Shown: positions 39,531-54,315, counted from the stretch's first letter. The stretch is 64,000 nt of DNA from Octopus sinensis (GCF_006345805.1 NC_043012.1:39246001-39310000), one strand, 5' to 3'. Translations and numbers: made by a program. Notes: a model not told the origin generated them from the sequence alone.

Positions 39531-40024
39531 GTGCCATATATTTCCTGTCTATATTCTACAAAATCACCTCATACCATTCGATATTCGATATTCCCTGTGT
39601 TCTCTAGACGTGTTTGGTATAACAGTTTTCTTTCCTCAAATCAGATATCATTCGTCTAGTAAAGAAAAATAAAGCATATTAATGAGGCGGTCAAAATATC
39701 CTAAAGACAGGATTGTCATGTTTGGAATGCATTCAGTTAAAAGTTTATTTAATCATGGCAGACATTGAACTAAACAAACAAGTTTCTGAAAGTATCTGAG
39801 GGCACAGCTTATACAGCAGATATTCTACAGGCACCTTAAGAAATATTCTACACCGCTCTACAGATAATCTACGCACGTTTCCCAAAACAAGCAGTCTACA
39901 CACCGCTCACTCAATAAATTCTGCATTCATCACACACACACGCGCGCGCACGCGCACATTCACACGAACACACACATACACACACATACATACGTACATG
40001 GACACACGGACACACTCTTTTACT

Positions 40025-40218
40025 CTTTTACTATTTTACTTCTTTCAGTCATTTGACTATGACCATGATAGAGCACCGCCTTTAGTCGAGCAAATCGATC
40101 CCAGGACTTGTTCTTTGTAAGCCTAGTAATTACTCTATCCGTTCTTTTGCCGAACCGCTAAGTTACGGGGACGTAAAAACACCAGCTTCAGTTGTCAAGC
40201 GATGTTGGGGAGAGACAA

Positions 40219-40250
<32 letters not shown>

Positions 40251-40432
40251 CACACACACACACACATATATATATAAATAAATTCACGCAAATCTACCAA
40301 ATCCATTCAGAAGGCTTTGGTCGGCCCGAGGCTATAGTAGAAGACACTTGCCCAAGGTGCCACGCAGTGAGACTGAACCCGGAACTATGCGGTTGGTAAG
40401 CAAGCTACTTACTACACAGCCACTCCTGCGCC
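40025..40432 (-). mobile_element. Near full-length SINE family B
   Basis: Reverse complement of GGCGCAGGAGTGGCTGTGT...GACTGAAAGAAGTAAAA. Confidence 0.9.
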
Positions 40433-41454
40433 TATACCCCGCACACACACACACTCACAAACAAACAAACTATTCTACACTGAACGCAGCAAATATTCAA
40501 CGCACCAGAAACATCTCGACACAGTTACCCTCCACAAAACGCAGTTCCTCCAGAAATATAGGCACAGCAGAAGAAATAGAAAAGAAACAAAGAAGAAGAA
40601 ATTAAACCCTGTTTACCTATATCCTACCCTATTAACCTACATCTCACCCCGAATGCCTACACCTCACCCTATATACCTACGGATTATCGACACGAAAATA
40701 ACTGAAGGATAATGAAACTAAGGCATCTGGGAACAACAAAATGAGAAATATCTAAATTTAGAATTGTAGTGTTGGACAGTAATAATAAAGGTTGAAATAG
40801 TTAAAGAATGAAAATCGATATGAGATCTCTCCATGGACCGACGAAAGATTCTCACAAAGATAAAACATATCGATAATACAATAATAAAACACACACAGTC
40901 GGTGTAGGCCAAAGCACTGCAAACAGATGTAGCCATCAATAGCACCAGGGAAATATTAACTGTTTTGTAGAATAGCACAGCAGCAGCAGCAGCAGTCACA
41001 AACAAATAACCACATTGAAAACGATCGTGGAGAGACAGAAATAATAAAATAAAATATAGCTGATCCTTAATGGCATCGACTGCGAAAACCACAAAAAAAG
41101 GCAGACAAATAGCATTAAAATATGAAATAAAACGAAATACTTAAAATCAGATAATTTTTAGTAGAAGAGATCTTTTGCTAAATCATGAAGAATATGTGGT
41201 TATCAAAAATGGTAAAACAGCTTCGTACTAAACGAAGAGTTTCTCTCTCTTTCAAAACGATTTTAAAATGCGTCAAAGAAGTAGAACATTTCAAGGGAGA
41301 AAATGGGAAGGGAATTTCTGGCCATGGACATGGATGCTTACAAATTTATTACTTGACAGAGATACTAAATAATACAAACATTTGGAAGGCATCAAGAAAT
41401 GGTGCAATGACATGTAGAAAATGATGTAGTCTCAAAAAATCCTAAAACGTTTAT

Positions 41455-41805
41455 GGGCGCAGGAGTGGCTGTGTGATAAGACGCTTGCTTCCTAACCACA
41501 TCGTTCCGTGTTCAGTTCCACTGCGTGGCAGCTTGGGCAAGTGTCTTTTGCTTTAGCCTCTTGCCTGAGTGGATTTGGTACACGGAGACTGAAAGAAGCT
41601 TGTCATATGTGTATGTATTTGTGTATCTGTGTTTGTCCCCTACCATCCCTTGACAACTGATGTTGGGGTGTTTAAGTTCCCGTAACTTAGCGGTTCGGCA
41701 AAAAAGACCGATAGAATTAGTACTAGGCTCACAAATAAGGCTTGCGTTCGATTAGTTCGACTAAAGGCGCTGTTCCAGCGTGGCCGCAGTCAAATGACTG
41801 AAAAA
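41455..41805 (+). mobile_element. Near full-length SINE family B
   Basis: GGGCGCAGGAGTGGCTGTGTG (A box)...GTTCAGTTCC (B box)...GGCCGCAGTCAAATGACTGAAA. Confidence 0.9.
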
Positions 41806-42049
41806 AATAATAGAGTTTATTGAAATACCTCTCTGCGTGGAAAATAAGCTCAAAGTGAAACTTTGAGGGATGAAGTGGAGTCGACTGTGTTATTAGATTG
41901 AGCAGACAGACACGTTTTTAGCATGTCCTGCTGTTTTAAGAAAGGAGAAATGAACCATCAGATAATCTTCCCTAATATACACAGTCTGAAGAACAAATTG
42001 TTTGAAGAATTGAGTCAGAGAAAGAATGGCACCCGAACTACCCTGAAAA

Positions 42050-43100
42050 CGTTTCAGGGCCTCGAAGACTGATGGGGGAAGATGAAGAAGTTATATTCAA
42101 GGTGGGTCATGGTGCAGGCGTGGTTGTTCAGAAAGGAGAGAGAAAGCAAAAGATTTTTAAAAACTGACCTGCATATTTGATACCCAAATGATGCCTCACG
42201 ACCATGCGATGGTGTTAAATGTCTTGCAGATGCAAGTGCTACCAGTTGAAAGCCTTGGATACCGGATGACAGCAAGTGTATGAAGTCATCAAGGGAGAAT
42301 ACGCGCTGGGGCCTACCTCTCGACAGCATCATTACGCATTGCCCCCCTCCCCTCATGAAACGAGGCTCCACCCCGCTTGCTAGATAAACTGGTTATCAGA
42401 TATAGCTCAATATCCTTCAAGCCGTTGATCATCGTCTCCAATGATCCAGTGGTTTACCTTATCTCACTGTAATTTGGATATCACTCATGGTGGTATATGC
42501 TTTACGATGAGTTAGGCCTAACGATACCAACAGTCGCTTCACATTGTGTCCAACGAGTCCTCTACATCTGACTTCGACTGGAAAATGCTCCACTTCCCAG
42601 CCAGTGTCTTCACATTTTCCGTGAAGTTTTCCATAACGGTCAATCTTTCAAACCAGAGTGGCGTCCATGTTATCTTCACGAGGAACCATTAACTCGACAA
42701 CATTTACCACTTTCTTTCACACCAAATTATGTTATGCGCCTTCTTCGTAGCAGGGATGAGAAATAATCCTTGACACCCTGATAAATCGGTAGCCATTCCC
42801 CCAAGACCGTTCCACTTTTCATCGTTCACAGGAGGTTTCTTCTTCGAATGGATCTGCTGCCCTGAGCGCAAGAACATAAGGAAATTTCTGGCTGGATCTT
42901 TCAATGATTTTCTGCCACTGATGATTAGAGCAAATGGTTCTTTATGATATTGGTTCCAAGTACCATGACGTATCAAAGCAAGGAGGGCACTGGCTTCCAC
43001 AGTTAGCGTCTGCTATATCGGACTGGAGAATATAATCATAGATATAAACTGTGTTCGAGTAAACGACTGGAGAATCACGACTGGAACGGCTTTGGTTATA
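42050..43100 (-). mobile_element. 3' fragment of an R2-superfamily (Hero-like) non-LTR element with restriction-like endonuclease
   Basis: Minus strand reads VELMVPREDNMDA...GWEVEHFPVEVRCRGLVGHNVKRLLVSLG (RLE consensus VELTVPWEEN...PVEVGCRG); stops and frameshifts present; left boundary approximate. Confidence 0.75.
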
Positions 43101-43253
43101 CGCTTGATCGATCAAGGATATCTAAGAGGGTAAAGGAGAGCATTGAAAACAACATGCCCTTAAAATAAAGGATCAAAGCAAATACGTGATACGGCCGCGA
43201 CCCAAAATTACATAGCAAACCGCTACAGAGGACCGAACCGTCCATCACAACCA

Positions 43254-44465
43254 CCAGCTAAACGTTGCCGCACTTGCCCTTACCTCTCCAACACCATCCT
43301 CCTCACTGGCACCCATCCTCGACCCTATCGCATCATCAACTCCTTCATCTGCACCTCCAGCAATATTATCTATTGCGTCTCTTGCTCTCTCTGCCATTCC
43401 CTGTACATCGGACAAACGGGACGCCGCTTGGCTGACCGGTTCGCGGAACACCTTCATGACATCCGCCTTGCGAACGACACACCGGTCTCACGCCATTTCC
43501 GCTCCACCGGTCACTCCTTGCAACACCTATCTGTGTTCGGTTTGTCCTTACACAGAGGCCATCCGGATTCCCGTTTGCGCCGTGAACAGGAATTAATCTT
43601 CTCTCTTCGCTCTTATACGCCATTTGGTCTCAACTCTCCCCCCTCCTCATTTAACCCCCCTCTCCCCCTTCCTCATATAACCTCCCCCCGACCCCTACTT
43701 CTCTTCAGTCCTTCATCCTTTCACCCCTACTCCTCTTCCCTTCTTCCCTCTTTCTCCCTCCCTCCTTCTTCCCTCTTTCTCTCTGCTCCCTCACTCCCCT
43801 TCTCTCTCTCCCCCTCTCCATCTCTCCTCCATCCACCTCTCCCCTCCTCTTCTCCTCTCCTTCCTTCTCCCCCTTCTCTCCCCTCCTCTTCTCCTCTCCT
43901 TCCTTCTCCCCCTTCCCCTCCTCTTCTCCCCTTTCCTTCTCCCCTCTTCTCCCCTTTCTTTCTCCCCCTCCCCTCTTCCCTCATCTCCTCTCTCTACACT
44001 ACACCATACGACTTTACAGATCACATCATATATACATACACACGTCCAGACCTCTCATACGCACTAATACTCTCTCACACACACACTCTTCTCATACACA
44101 CACACACACTCTTATGTTGGAGCGAGGACATTTAACCCTATTATCTCCCCTAATTTCGCTCTTGCGTCTCACGTTTGATCTCTGACTTCTGGCCGAAATC
44201 AGATCTCCATGTTGATTCGCTAGCCTCTGCACGCTTTTTTTCTCTCTTCTTTCTGTGTTTTTTTTCTCTCCTTCTTTCTGTGTTTTTTTTCTCTGTGTAT
44301 CTTTCTGTTGAAGAGCGTAGGCTCGAAACGTTAAAGACTTGTTTTATTTATATTTCCTGAGCGCCATACTAATACAATTGTTTGTTTGTATTCCACCTGC
44401 CTTCGTCTTTTGTTTATTTCCGTAAACCTGCCTTCGTCTTTTGTCTATTTTCATAAAGCTTCCCG
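43254..44465 (+). mobile_element. 5'-truncated Penelope-like element: GIY-YIG endonuclease, CT-rich tract and pLTR
   Basis: One frame from 43254: PAKRCRTCPYL...SFICTSSNIIYCVSCSLCHSLYIGQTGRRLADRFAEH...PVSRHF...REQELIFSLRSYTPFGLN; minimal hammerhead at 44300-44337. Confidence 0.9.
44300..44337 (+). ncRNA. Minimal hammerhead motif of the Penelope pLTR (A6 substituted)
   Basis: TCTTT-CTGTTGA-A-GAGC-GTAG-GCTC-GAA-ACGT-T-AAAGA; 5-bp helix I, 4-bp helix II, loopless palindromic ACGT helix III. Confidence 0.55.
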
Positions 44466-44477
44466 TTATATATATAT

Positions 44478-44519
<42 letters not shown>

Positions 44520-44524
44520 ATATA

Positions 44525-44863
44525 GTCTTTACTCTTTTACTTGTTTCAGTCATTTTACTGCCGCCATGCTGGAGCACCGCCTTTAATCGAGCAACTCGAC
44601 CCCGGGACTTATTCTTTTGTAAGCCCAGTACTTATTCTATCGGTCTCTTTTGCCGAACCGCTAAGTAACGGGGACATAAACACACCAGCATCAGTTGTCA
44701 AGCAATGCTAGGAGGACAAACACACACACACGCATATATATATATATATATATATATTATACGACGGGCTTCTTTCAGTTTCCGTCTACCAAATCCACTC
44801 ACAAGGCTTTGGTCGGCCGAGTCTATAGGAGAAGACACTTGCCCAAGGTGCCACGCAGTGGGA

Positions 44864-44912
<49 letters not shown>

Positions 44913-45082
44913 GATAAATATATATGTATGCATGTATGTATATATATATATGTGTGTGTGTATGTGCCTATGCATGTATGTATGCGTAGATATATATATA
45001 TATATATATGCATTGACACATGCTTGCATAGACAGGCGGTAGGGCTGAACCCAGAAACATATAACTGGGAAGCAAACTTCTT

Positions 45083-45085
<3 letters not shown>
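44525..45085 (-). mobile_element. SINE family B interrupted by (TA)n
   Basis: Body at 44525-44866; head remnant GGGCTGAACCCAGAAAC...CTTCTTACCA at ~45040-45085. Confidence 0.8.
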
Positions 45086-45127
<42 letters not shown>

Positions 45128-46069
45128 CAAGTGAGAGAGAAAAGGAGTGAGAGAGTGTGTGTATGTATTATATAAGCAATCTACACAGAAACAAACGTTA
45201 GAGTCCGCAAATTTAAAAGAGCAACATGCGTGAAGTTATATTTTAAATAAAATAGCAAAGCCGCCGTTAATCTGAGGTAAATTAATCTAAAAACAACAAA
45301 TCCGTTATGTTCCATATACTAAAAATGATTCGCATTAAAACAAGGTTTGCTTCTAAATAGGCTAATGTTGAAATTGGGCGAATGTAATTCGTAGAAGTAA
45401 ATGAGAAAACTAGGAAGGAATATTATAGAAGATATATATATATTAATATTAGGAACAAAAGGAAACGATGCGAATGTGCTATTAGGTGTGAATAACTAGA
45501 TGTGCTAGTAATAAGCTGGAGCTATAATATCAAGCGAATTAGCAAGATTAAACAAATAATAATAGTGTGTAGAAATCGTCACTGAAAACGATACAGAAAA
45601 ACGTTGATAAGGCTTTGTTCAACAGGAGAAATATTATTAAATATCTACTGTAAGGCAACAAAAATATGTCTCATGCGAAACAACATTAAAATGAATACAG
45701 ATTCCAAGTACAAAACTAGACGGAAATAAAAGGAATTTGTTTTCCCAGAAGACTAATGAAAAATATAATACTGAACAATTACAAATTATATCGCTGCAAG
45801 ACATAATGAGTACCTTATGAGCAGATACCATTGGACATCACACATTAATTGTAATGATTAAAAAAGAATCAAATGTCCTTCCCGAATAATTGGTTCAAAA
45901 CGATTTTGCGGCGGTCTGTCACAATATTACTCATTTTAGAAGCTGAGTAGGATGTAGCAACATGAGGTGAAGTGTTCTGCTCAATAGAATAGTACATTAC
46001 CCGATACAAGAATCGAAACCACAACACCCTTTATGTTGTAATATTGCGAATTAGCCACCCATATAATAT

Positions 46070-46643
<574 letters not shown>

Positions 46644-46671
46644 TAATAGTAACACAAATGATGTTTAAATT

Positions 46672-46754
46672 TGCGACAGCTGCAACGGTGGAACCTGATT
46701 CGATGTAGTCGTCAAAGATTATCTCCTATTATGTAATTCCACCATCTTCAGGCA
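46672..46754 (-). ncRNA. Decayed hammerhead-like motif
   Basis: Minus strand TGC-CTGAAGA-T-GGTGGAA...TTCCACC-GTTGC-AGCT-GTC-GCA; 7-bp helix II intact but GAAAC replaced by GTTGC. Confidence 0.35.
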
Positions 46755-47081
46755 TGATTTGAACGGTTTACCTGGATAAAGCTTGTTTAGTTCGGCTAGT
46801 GTTGCTTTGAAATTAAATATTGTAATTTATCGAAGAATAAGGTGGTGTAGTCTCAAACATAATGGATCATGGAAAGATACGATGGTATTTGAATAAATCT
46901 AAGTTATGGTCCGATGTAGAGTCATGGAAATAATCACAGGTTGCTATGGAAACAATGCTGAGTACATTAAATTTATTTGGTGACCATTCAATGTACCGAA
47001 TAGGCACCACTGGGTTTATGACTACCTCAGATTATTTTGACGCCTCTACGTTGTAGTGACACACACATATTTAGTGTATAG

Positions 47082-47115
<34 letters not shown>

Positions 47116-47392
47116 ATGTACCCATGAATTCCGCTTATTTCTTCGAACGTGATCTTCTCCAGAACTAAACTATTCGATCAGTAACTTGTGCAAAAGGGTT
47201 ACTTGGGGCTTTTCTGCCCCTCTTCTAACCGATTGGGAAACGATGCGGATGTTTCTGCATTACCATGACACAGTAATTAGAGATAGTTTCGATGAATTTT
47301 CAGGCACCTCTCATATTACTGTTTCCAATTTGCTTATTGAGAATGATAAATTCTGGTAAACAAAACAATATCAATTTCCTATTTTAATTAAT

Positions 47393-48480
47393 GTATATGG
47401 TTGGCAAGTTAATCCTCTCTCATTTCAAGATAGGAAAGCGACAAATGCATCTTTGATCTTAATTGATATATTTTGTCAAGATAATATTTCCCTTCCTCAT
47501 TAATTACAAAATCCCATCAATTTGGCAAATTATTAATCCTTCGGCTGTAAAACATCGAGTTTCAAACTAAAGAGACTCAATGATGTTTTAACCTCTTCAC
47601 AAACAATAAAGTTTTTTCCCTCTGAATCATGTTGCAATAGTTTGAAAAGATGACCATCAGATGTAGCAAGGTCAGGAGGATGAGAATGGTGATGAAAGGC
47701 TTGCATACTGAATCCTATAAACATTTTCGCGTAACAACGACACAACTTTACGATTGACCAATGATGGAGATTTTGTCTGCAAATTTTTGGTGATTATATT
47801 CTGTATTAACAGCATTGTTTTGGTTTAACACTACGTGACAGACGACACTCTTCATATCCAACAAATACCAAACAAATGTTTTAGGGGTAAATCCTAGTTT
47901 GGGGATGAATTCTCCTTTGTCATCGGGTACTAACTATTGTCATTTTCGTTGGATGTGATAATAGAGAAGCCACGATTTCATCGTTTGTGGTGAGTCTACC
48001 CACAAAAGGTCCGGTACCAATCTACTGTTATCAGTAACGTCTGATTAAGCCGAGAAGTAGTCATGCAATATGAGAAACTTTGAAGAAATTTAAACGTTTT
48101 TCCTACTTCATAGAGGTGTTTTATGATCAAAGTGTGACTTGAATTGAATTGTTTTGCTAATTCTTCTGAAATTTGCTTTGGATCTTCCTTAATACGCTTT
48201 TTAGAAGCGTAATATTGACAGAACCTGGACGTCCAGATCGAGGCCAATCTACAGAAGAAACATTCCCCGAGCGAAACTAACCAAACCATTTTTGGTACGT
48301 CGGAGCACTTAGAGATTTATCCTCATCATGTTTATGCACTGAGAGTAATTTGTGTCGCGCCGTCTAAAGTTCTTCACACTTAGTCATGATTTCATTGCGG
48401 AAGACCCTTCATGAATTCATATAGCATGCAAGATCTGATATGGGTCTGGTCTAGACTCAATTTAAAAGGGAGAAATCAAT
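47393..48480 (-). mobile_element. Decayed mariner (Tc1/mariner) transposon
   Basis: Pieces IKEDPKQISEELAKQFNSSHTLIIKHL (HTH), LYYHIQRK...PKLGFTPK, and HSHPPDLATSDGHLFKLLQ (YSPDLAPSD-like); boundaries approximate. Confidence 0.8.
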
Positions 48481-50324
48481 AAGATTTTAACTACAATGGT
48501 ATCAAATAATCTGTAGGAAAAGATAAGAAGAACATTCAAATGCAAAACTTAATGCTTATCTTACCGTAAGTATCGAAAAAGAACTCTCAAAGTAATCATG
48601 TCAAGTATGCGACAGGACTTTTTTCTTCAATCTAATATATTGATTAAATAATATGGGAAATTGGCCTTAGTTTTCTGAACTTTCCGAAACAAAAGAGCAA
48701 GCGATCGAGCAACAAAGCCATGAAACAAACAAACACGAGAGATTCAGTGGCATCACATTTTATTATGGTTCTTCGAGGTGTTGGAGGACAGAGGCACGGG
48801 TGGAGGATGAGATTGGTTTGAAATTAAAATCCTACACAGAACTTTATTGCTTTGGTTAAGTGCTACACAAAAATGGTAAAAGGTTATATATTTCAAACGT
48901 ATATAATGGATGGTAAGTACATCGTTATATTCAACACAAACGTAGTTATATTGTACATCGTAATTTAAAGCTATCGTTCTGAGTGGCGGTCAAGGTGTGG
49001 GGTGAGGTGAAAGTACTGTTAAGGACCAGTTACTAGAAAAGACATTCCTTACAGTAAAGGGGTCATCAAAGGTCGTTGTTGCATTGCTTTGAAATTCACT
49101 GAGTTTTTGTTTTCGATAGAAATTTGTGTGACAGATTCTTAGTCTTCACATGACCTGGGGTAGGGTAAGATGAGATCGGGGTGGGTAGATAAATTATGGG
49201 TAAGTGGGAGGAATCATAGACTGCGTGACACAAATTACTCAGCGGGCGTAAATGTAAACAGAAATATGTGTGCGTGCGTGTGTTTGCGTGTGTGTGTGTG
49301 CATGCGTATGCGTGCGTGTATGTATATGCATGTCTGCACGTGTGTGTGTCTATCCGGAGGAAAATACGTTGGCGCAATATATCTAGATTAGATGTATATA
49401 CACAGTTAGATACTTATATGTTTATACAAACGTACGCATACATTTTATGTACATAAAATATGTATGTGTACATATATACATACACATATACACACCTACA
49501 CACACACATACAAACATATATATATATATATGTATATACATGTATATACATATATACATATACGTCTACATATATACATATATATGGGTACGCGCAGGCG
49601 CACATACATATGTGTATATGTGTATATATACATATGTATGAGTGTGCTTGCACGTGTGTGATTGCGTGCGTGTGTGCATTTTGTGTATATATATATATAT
49701 ATATATACAGACAGTACATATATTTACATATGTACATACGCATATGAATACGCATACACATATACACACACATGTATGTCTAGATACGTGTGCGCGTGAA
49801 TGGTCATTATCATCATTATCCCAATCAACATCACAACCATGAAGTAAAGATGTAGTTTCCTGCTGACATTGAAATAATTCTATCATCGCCGTTTTATTGC
49901 CGTCTTTGAAGTTGCGATTGTTGTCCTTCCTCTTTGTAGTTACTACCACCACCACAACTACTACTACTGCTGTTGCTACTGCGACTAGTAGTAGTTATTG
50001 TTGTTGTTGTTGTTGTCATTGCTGCTGCTGCTGCTGATGATGATGATGATGATAATGCTGTTGATTCTGCCACCATATTTACTACCGCATTCTTTGGTCT
50101 TTTCTAAGTTCTTGATGTCGCTTGGTTTTAATTTAAATCTTCAACAACAACAACAACAACAACAACAAAGAATGGGTGATTAATCATAACCACAATGAAT
50201 AAGTGTAATTATATAAAAAATAATGACAATGACAATAGAATCCTATCAATAATTACAATATCGGTAGTAGTAGTAGTAGTAATAGTAGTAGTAGTAGTAG
50301 CAGCAGCAGCAGCAGCGGCGGCGG

Positions 50325-50386
<62 letters not shown>

Positions 50387-51569
50387 ATTAATTCTTTATT
50401 AACCATCAAGGATTTAGAAAAACGATGGAACAATGTGGGATTACATGAAAGCGCGTGAGAAAAAAAAAATGGAAAATGCCAGGAACAAAGAGACGATCAA
50501 TTTCGAAACAATGAAATATTCCTGAAAAGAGAGAAACTTCTTCCGATGGCTCCTCGTGGAAATTTCACGAAACCGAAGTCATCCTAAATATGAAGGCAAC
50601 AGCATTCTTTGATAGACGTGTTCAATTCTATGAAGGCGGCTGCGTAATTATAATGGGAGAGAAGGGGCGAGTGAAAGAGAAGCGGAGAGGCAGAGAGAGA
50701 GAGAGAGGAGATGGAAACATGGGAGAAGAGGGAGGGAGGGAGAGAGCGTGTTTGTTTAATGGGGTGGGGGGGATCGCTTCTAAGTTTATCTTTTATTTTT
50801 CCTTTGTTTTTTTCTTGAGAAGTTCTTATCGGGATGTGAAAAAGTTGAAAGAGGAAAGAACATACCTATTCTGTTCGTGCATTCTTGTTTGTTGCTCTCA
50901 TTCAATCCCCAGGCGCATGCTCATGGTAAGTCCGCTCACTCGGATCCACCCTTGCCACTCACATCCACGTTTCAAGATATTTGCCGAGTGGGGAGGGGGA
51001 AGCAACGCTCCCCATTCAAATTGAAACTTTGAAAAGTGGACGAGAGCATGGCCAAATACAAAACTGTTCTCAGCCCTTTCAATCTTGTCCACCACACAAA
51101 GGACTTTCGCTTAGACCATCAAACAGAGGAAAACAGCCTGTCCTGCCCAGCCACAAAAAGGTTCTCGGACGATTTTTACAACGGACTCAGTTATTAGCCG
51201 GACCCATCTTATACCTGAGAGCCGTTGTGTGACATAATTCTACAAGTCAGCAATACTTGGATAATGGACGAGTGTGCAGAATTGTTTCGTCGCCATGCTC
51301 GTATCTCGGGCAAGCACGGCTGACGGCACCCAACGCCAGTAGATTTTACCCGGAACAAGCAAAGCCCCCACACACACATACACACACACTCACGCATACA
51401 AACGGAAGGTTTAGGGATTTCTGCAAATTAGCTTCGGGATCCGGCACGAAATTCATTCATGACAAATCAGCCAGTTGATAACAACAACAACAACAACAAC
51501 AGCAGCAACAATAATAATAATAATAATAATGATGGTATAGTACTACTAGGCACACATCCTGCGTAAAAC

Positions 51570-51950
51570 AGGATGTAACTGTGTTGTAAGTAGCTTGCTT
51601 ACCAACCACATGGTTCCGAGCTCAGTCCCACTGCGTGGCACATTGGGCAAGTGTCTTCTACTATAGCCTCGGGCCGACCAAAGCCTTGTGAGTAGATTTG
51701 GTAGATGGAAACTGAAAGAAGCCCGTCATATATATGTGTATATGTTTGTGTGTCTGTGTTCCCCCCCCCCCCCAACATCGTTTGACAACCGATGCTGGTG
51801 TGTTTGCGTCCCCGTCACATAGCGGTTCGGCAAAAGAGCCCGATAGAATAAGTACTAGGCTTACAAAGAATAAGTCCTGGGTTCGATTTGCTCTACTAAA
51901 GGCGGTACGCCAGCATGGCCACAGTCAAACGACTGAAACAAGTAGAAGAG
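51570..51950 (+). mobile_element. SINE family B
   Basis: AAGTAGCTTGCTTACCAACCACATGGTTCCGAGCTCAGTCCCACTGCGTGGC...GACTGAAACAAG. Confidence 0.9.
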
Positions 51951-52065
51951 TCCTCAAAAGGATAAAACGCAGCATCGACTTCCATGGAATCAGAAGTCAG
52001 AATGCTGAGAGCAGGCGCAATGACTCAGCTCATTTACTCGTATCCAACGATTTTGCAAATCCATC

Positions 52066-52193
<128 letters not shown>

Positions 52194-52727
52194 GTGGCTC
52201 TCATGGCTTCTGATCTTAACTGATTAGAAGTATTATCATGTACATTGTTTTGTCTTGGTATAAAAGATGGGCTACAGCAAATATTCTGCTCAATACCACA
52301 GATTTGCTTGTCAGTTGTTTGACCTTAACCAGTTGAGCATGTCCCTTAGTGGCTGACGATATGTGCATCTCTGATCACGAGCAGAAGTAGTTGGGGAGCA
52401 TCATAGCCATGTGTTGATAGGAATTCTTTGGGGTTTGAATAGTTCACCTCTGGAAGCATGGGTGTTTCATTCAACATCCTTAAGCAACCCTTTATTCAGG
52501 GACTTTTTGAGCGGGATGGGTTACTCGACCAGAAGAAAATTCTAACTGGGCCCCACCTGCAAGGTCATGTGCTGTTTATCTTGATATGAGATCACCACGT
52601 CACGCACATATGGTTGTGATGCATGTGCCTGGTGTACCTTTATCAGACGGGTAGTCATGATGGGTATATTGGGCTTCGTATATTTTACCCCAGTGTCACT
52701 TTGATGGCATGCACTGCTCTCTCACTC

Positions 52728-52729
<2 letters not shown>
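52194..52729. mobile_element. ~540-bp interspersed repeat (family C), copy 2
   Basis: Colinear with 1919-2456. Confidence 0.85.
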
Positions 52730-52784
<55 letters not shown>

Positions 52785-53917
52785 CATACTGTTACTGCAG
52801 CTCCTGCTGCTGCTGTTGCTACTACTGTTACTACCTTATACTACTATTAATAATAATTGCTTCTATCCTAGCGTAAACGTTGAAATGTAGGGCTGGGGGC
52901 TATGGTGGCTTATAGTAATATCCCTTTGCTTCACTATTACTGTAGTTTATCGATTAGGGAAAGGATGAAGAGAAAGGAGCAACATTTTCGCACGGGTAAG
53001 ATTCGAACTCTGTACGTAAGCTGACGGATCGCATACCGCAAGATGGAGATGGGGAAATCTACAGTTTCTACCAAGCAACATAAAGAAAAATACTTGAAAG
53101 GACAGTATCCACGTCAGATTTGTGATTCTTGGCAAAAGGAAAAACAAAAACAATATGCCTTGTATTGAATCCTACAATGGCATTGTTTTAAATGGATCTT
53201 CTTTTGTTATTATTGTTCTTCATAATGATAATGACGGTGTTACTGCACTTTTTGTTGTTGCTGCTGTTGTATTAATGTTGTTGTTATTGTTTTGTATCTC
53301 TTGTTGCTACTGTCAATGTTTGTTGGTGTTATAGTTTTGCTATTGTTCCCCTTATTACTGGTGGTGATGCTATTGTGGATTGTAGCGCCGTAGTTCTTGT
53401 GATCGAAGTTGTTGTTGTTGGACCCGCTTCCTCTCGCATTGTTATTGTTACAGTAGTAGTAGTAGTAGTAATAGTAGAAGTAGTAGTAATAGTAGTAATA
53501 GTAGTAGTAGTATTTGCTGGTGGTGGTATTGTTGATGTCGTGGTTAATGTTCTTAAAGGTTGTGTTGTTGTTACTGTTTTTGGCTTTCATTTCTTTGCCT
53601 TTTTCCTTTTTTTTAAAATTATATTTTTTATCGATTAAATATCGATCCGTGTTTCAATTAAAGCCCTTTTGAAATACTAGAAACATATTTTGTCAAAAAT
53701 AATAATAACACCGGCAACAATGACAACAACAAAAACAGTAGCAACAACAACAACAACAATAGCAGCAATAACAATAAAGACGACGACGATGATGATGATG
53801 ATGATGATAATGTTTGGGGGGAAATAAATAAATAGTAAATCCACCATCGAACAAAGGGAATATTAACAACAATAATATTAATAGTTATTATTATCATCAT
53901 CGTCATCATCTTCATTA

Positions 53918-53924
<7 letters not shown>

Positions 53925-53989
<65 letters not shown>

Positions 53990-54080
53990 TATTATTATTA
54001 TTAATATTATTATCATTATTATTTATTATTATTATTATTATTATTATTCATTATTATTATTATTATTATTATCATTATTA

Positions 54081-54113
<33 letters not shown>

Positions 54114-54215
54114 TATTATTATTATTATTATTTATTATTATTATTAATATTCTTAGTATTTATTATTTATTATTATTATTATTATCATTATTATTTTTTA
54201 TTATTATTATTATTA

Positions 54216-54279
<64 letters not shown>

Positions 54280-54315
54280 TATTATTATTATTATTTATTA
54301 TTATTATTATTATTA
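53925..54315. repeat. Long imperfect (ATT)n microsatellite
   Basis: Directly visible. Confidence 0.95.

Noticed and set aside
40718-41092. 124-aa hydrophobic minus-strand ORF as a membrane protein exon
   Set aside because: Hydrophobicity follows from T-rich composition and a (GCT)n tract; no family recognised and no ATG start
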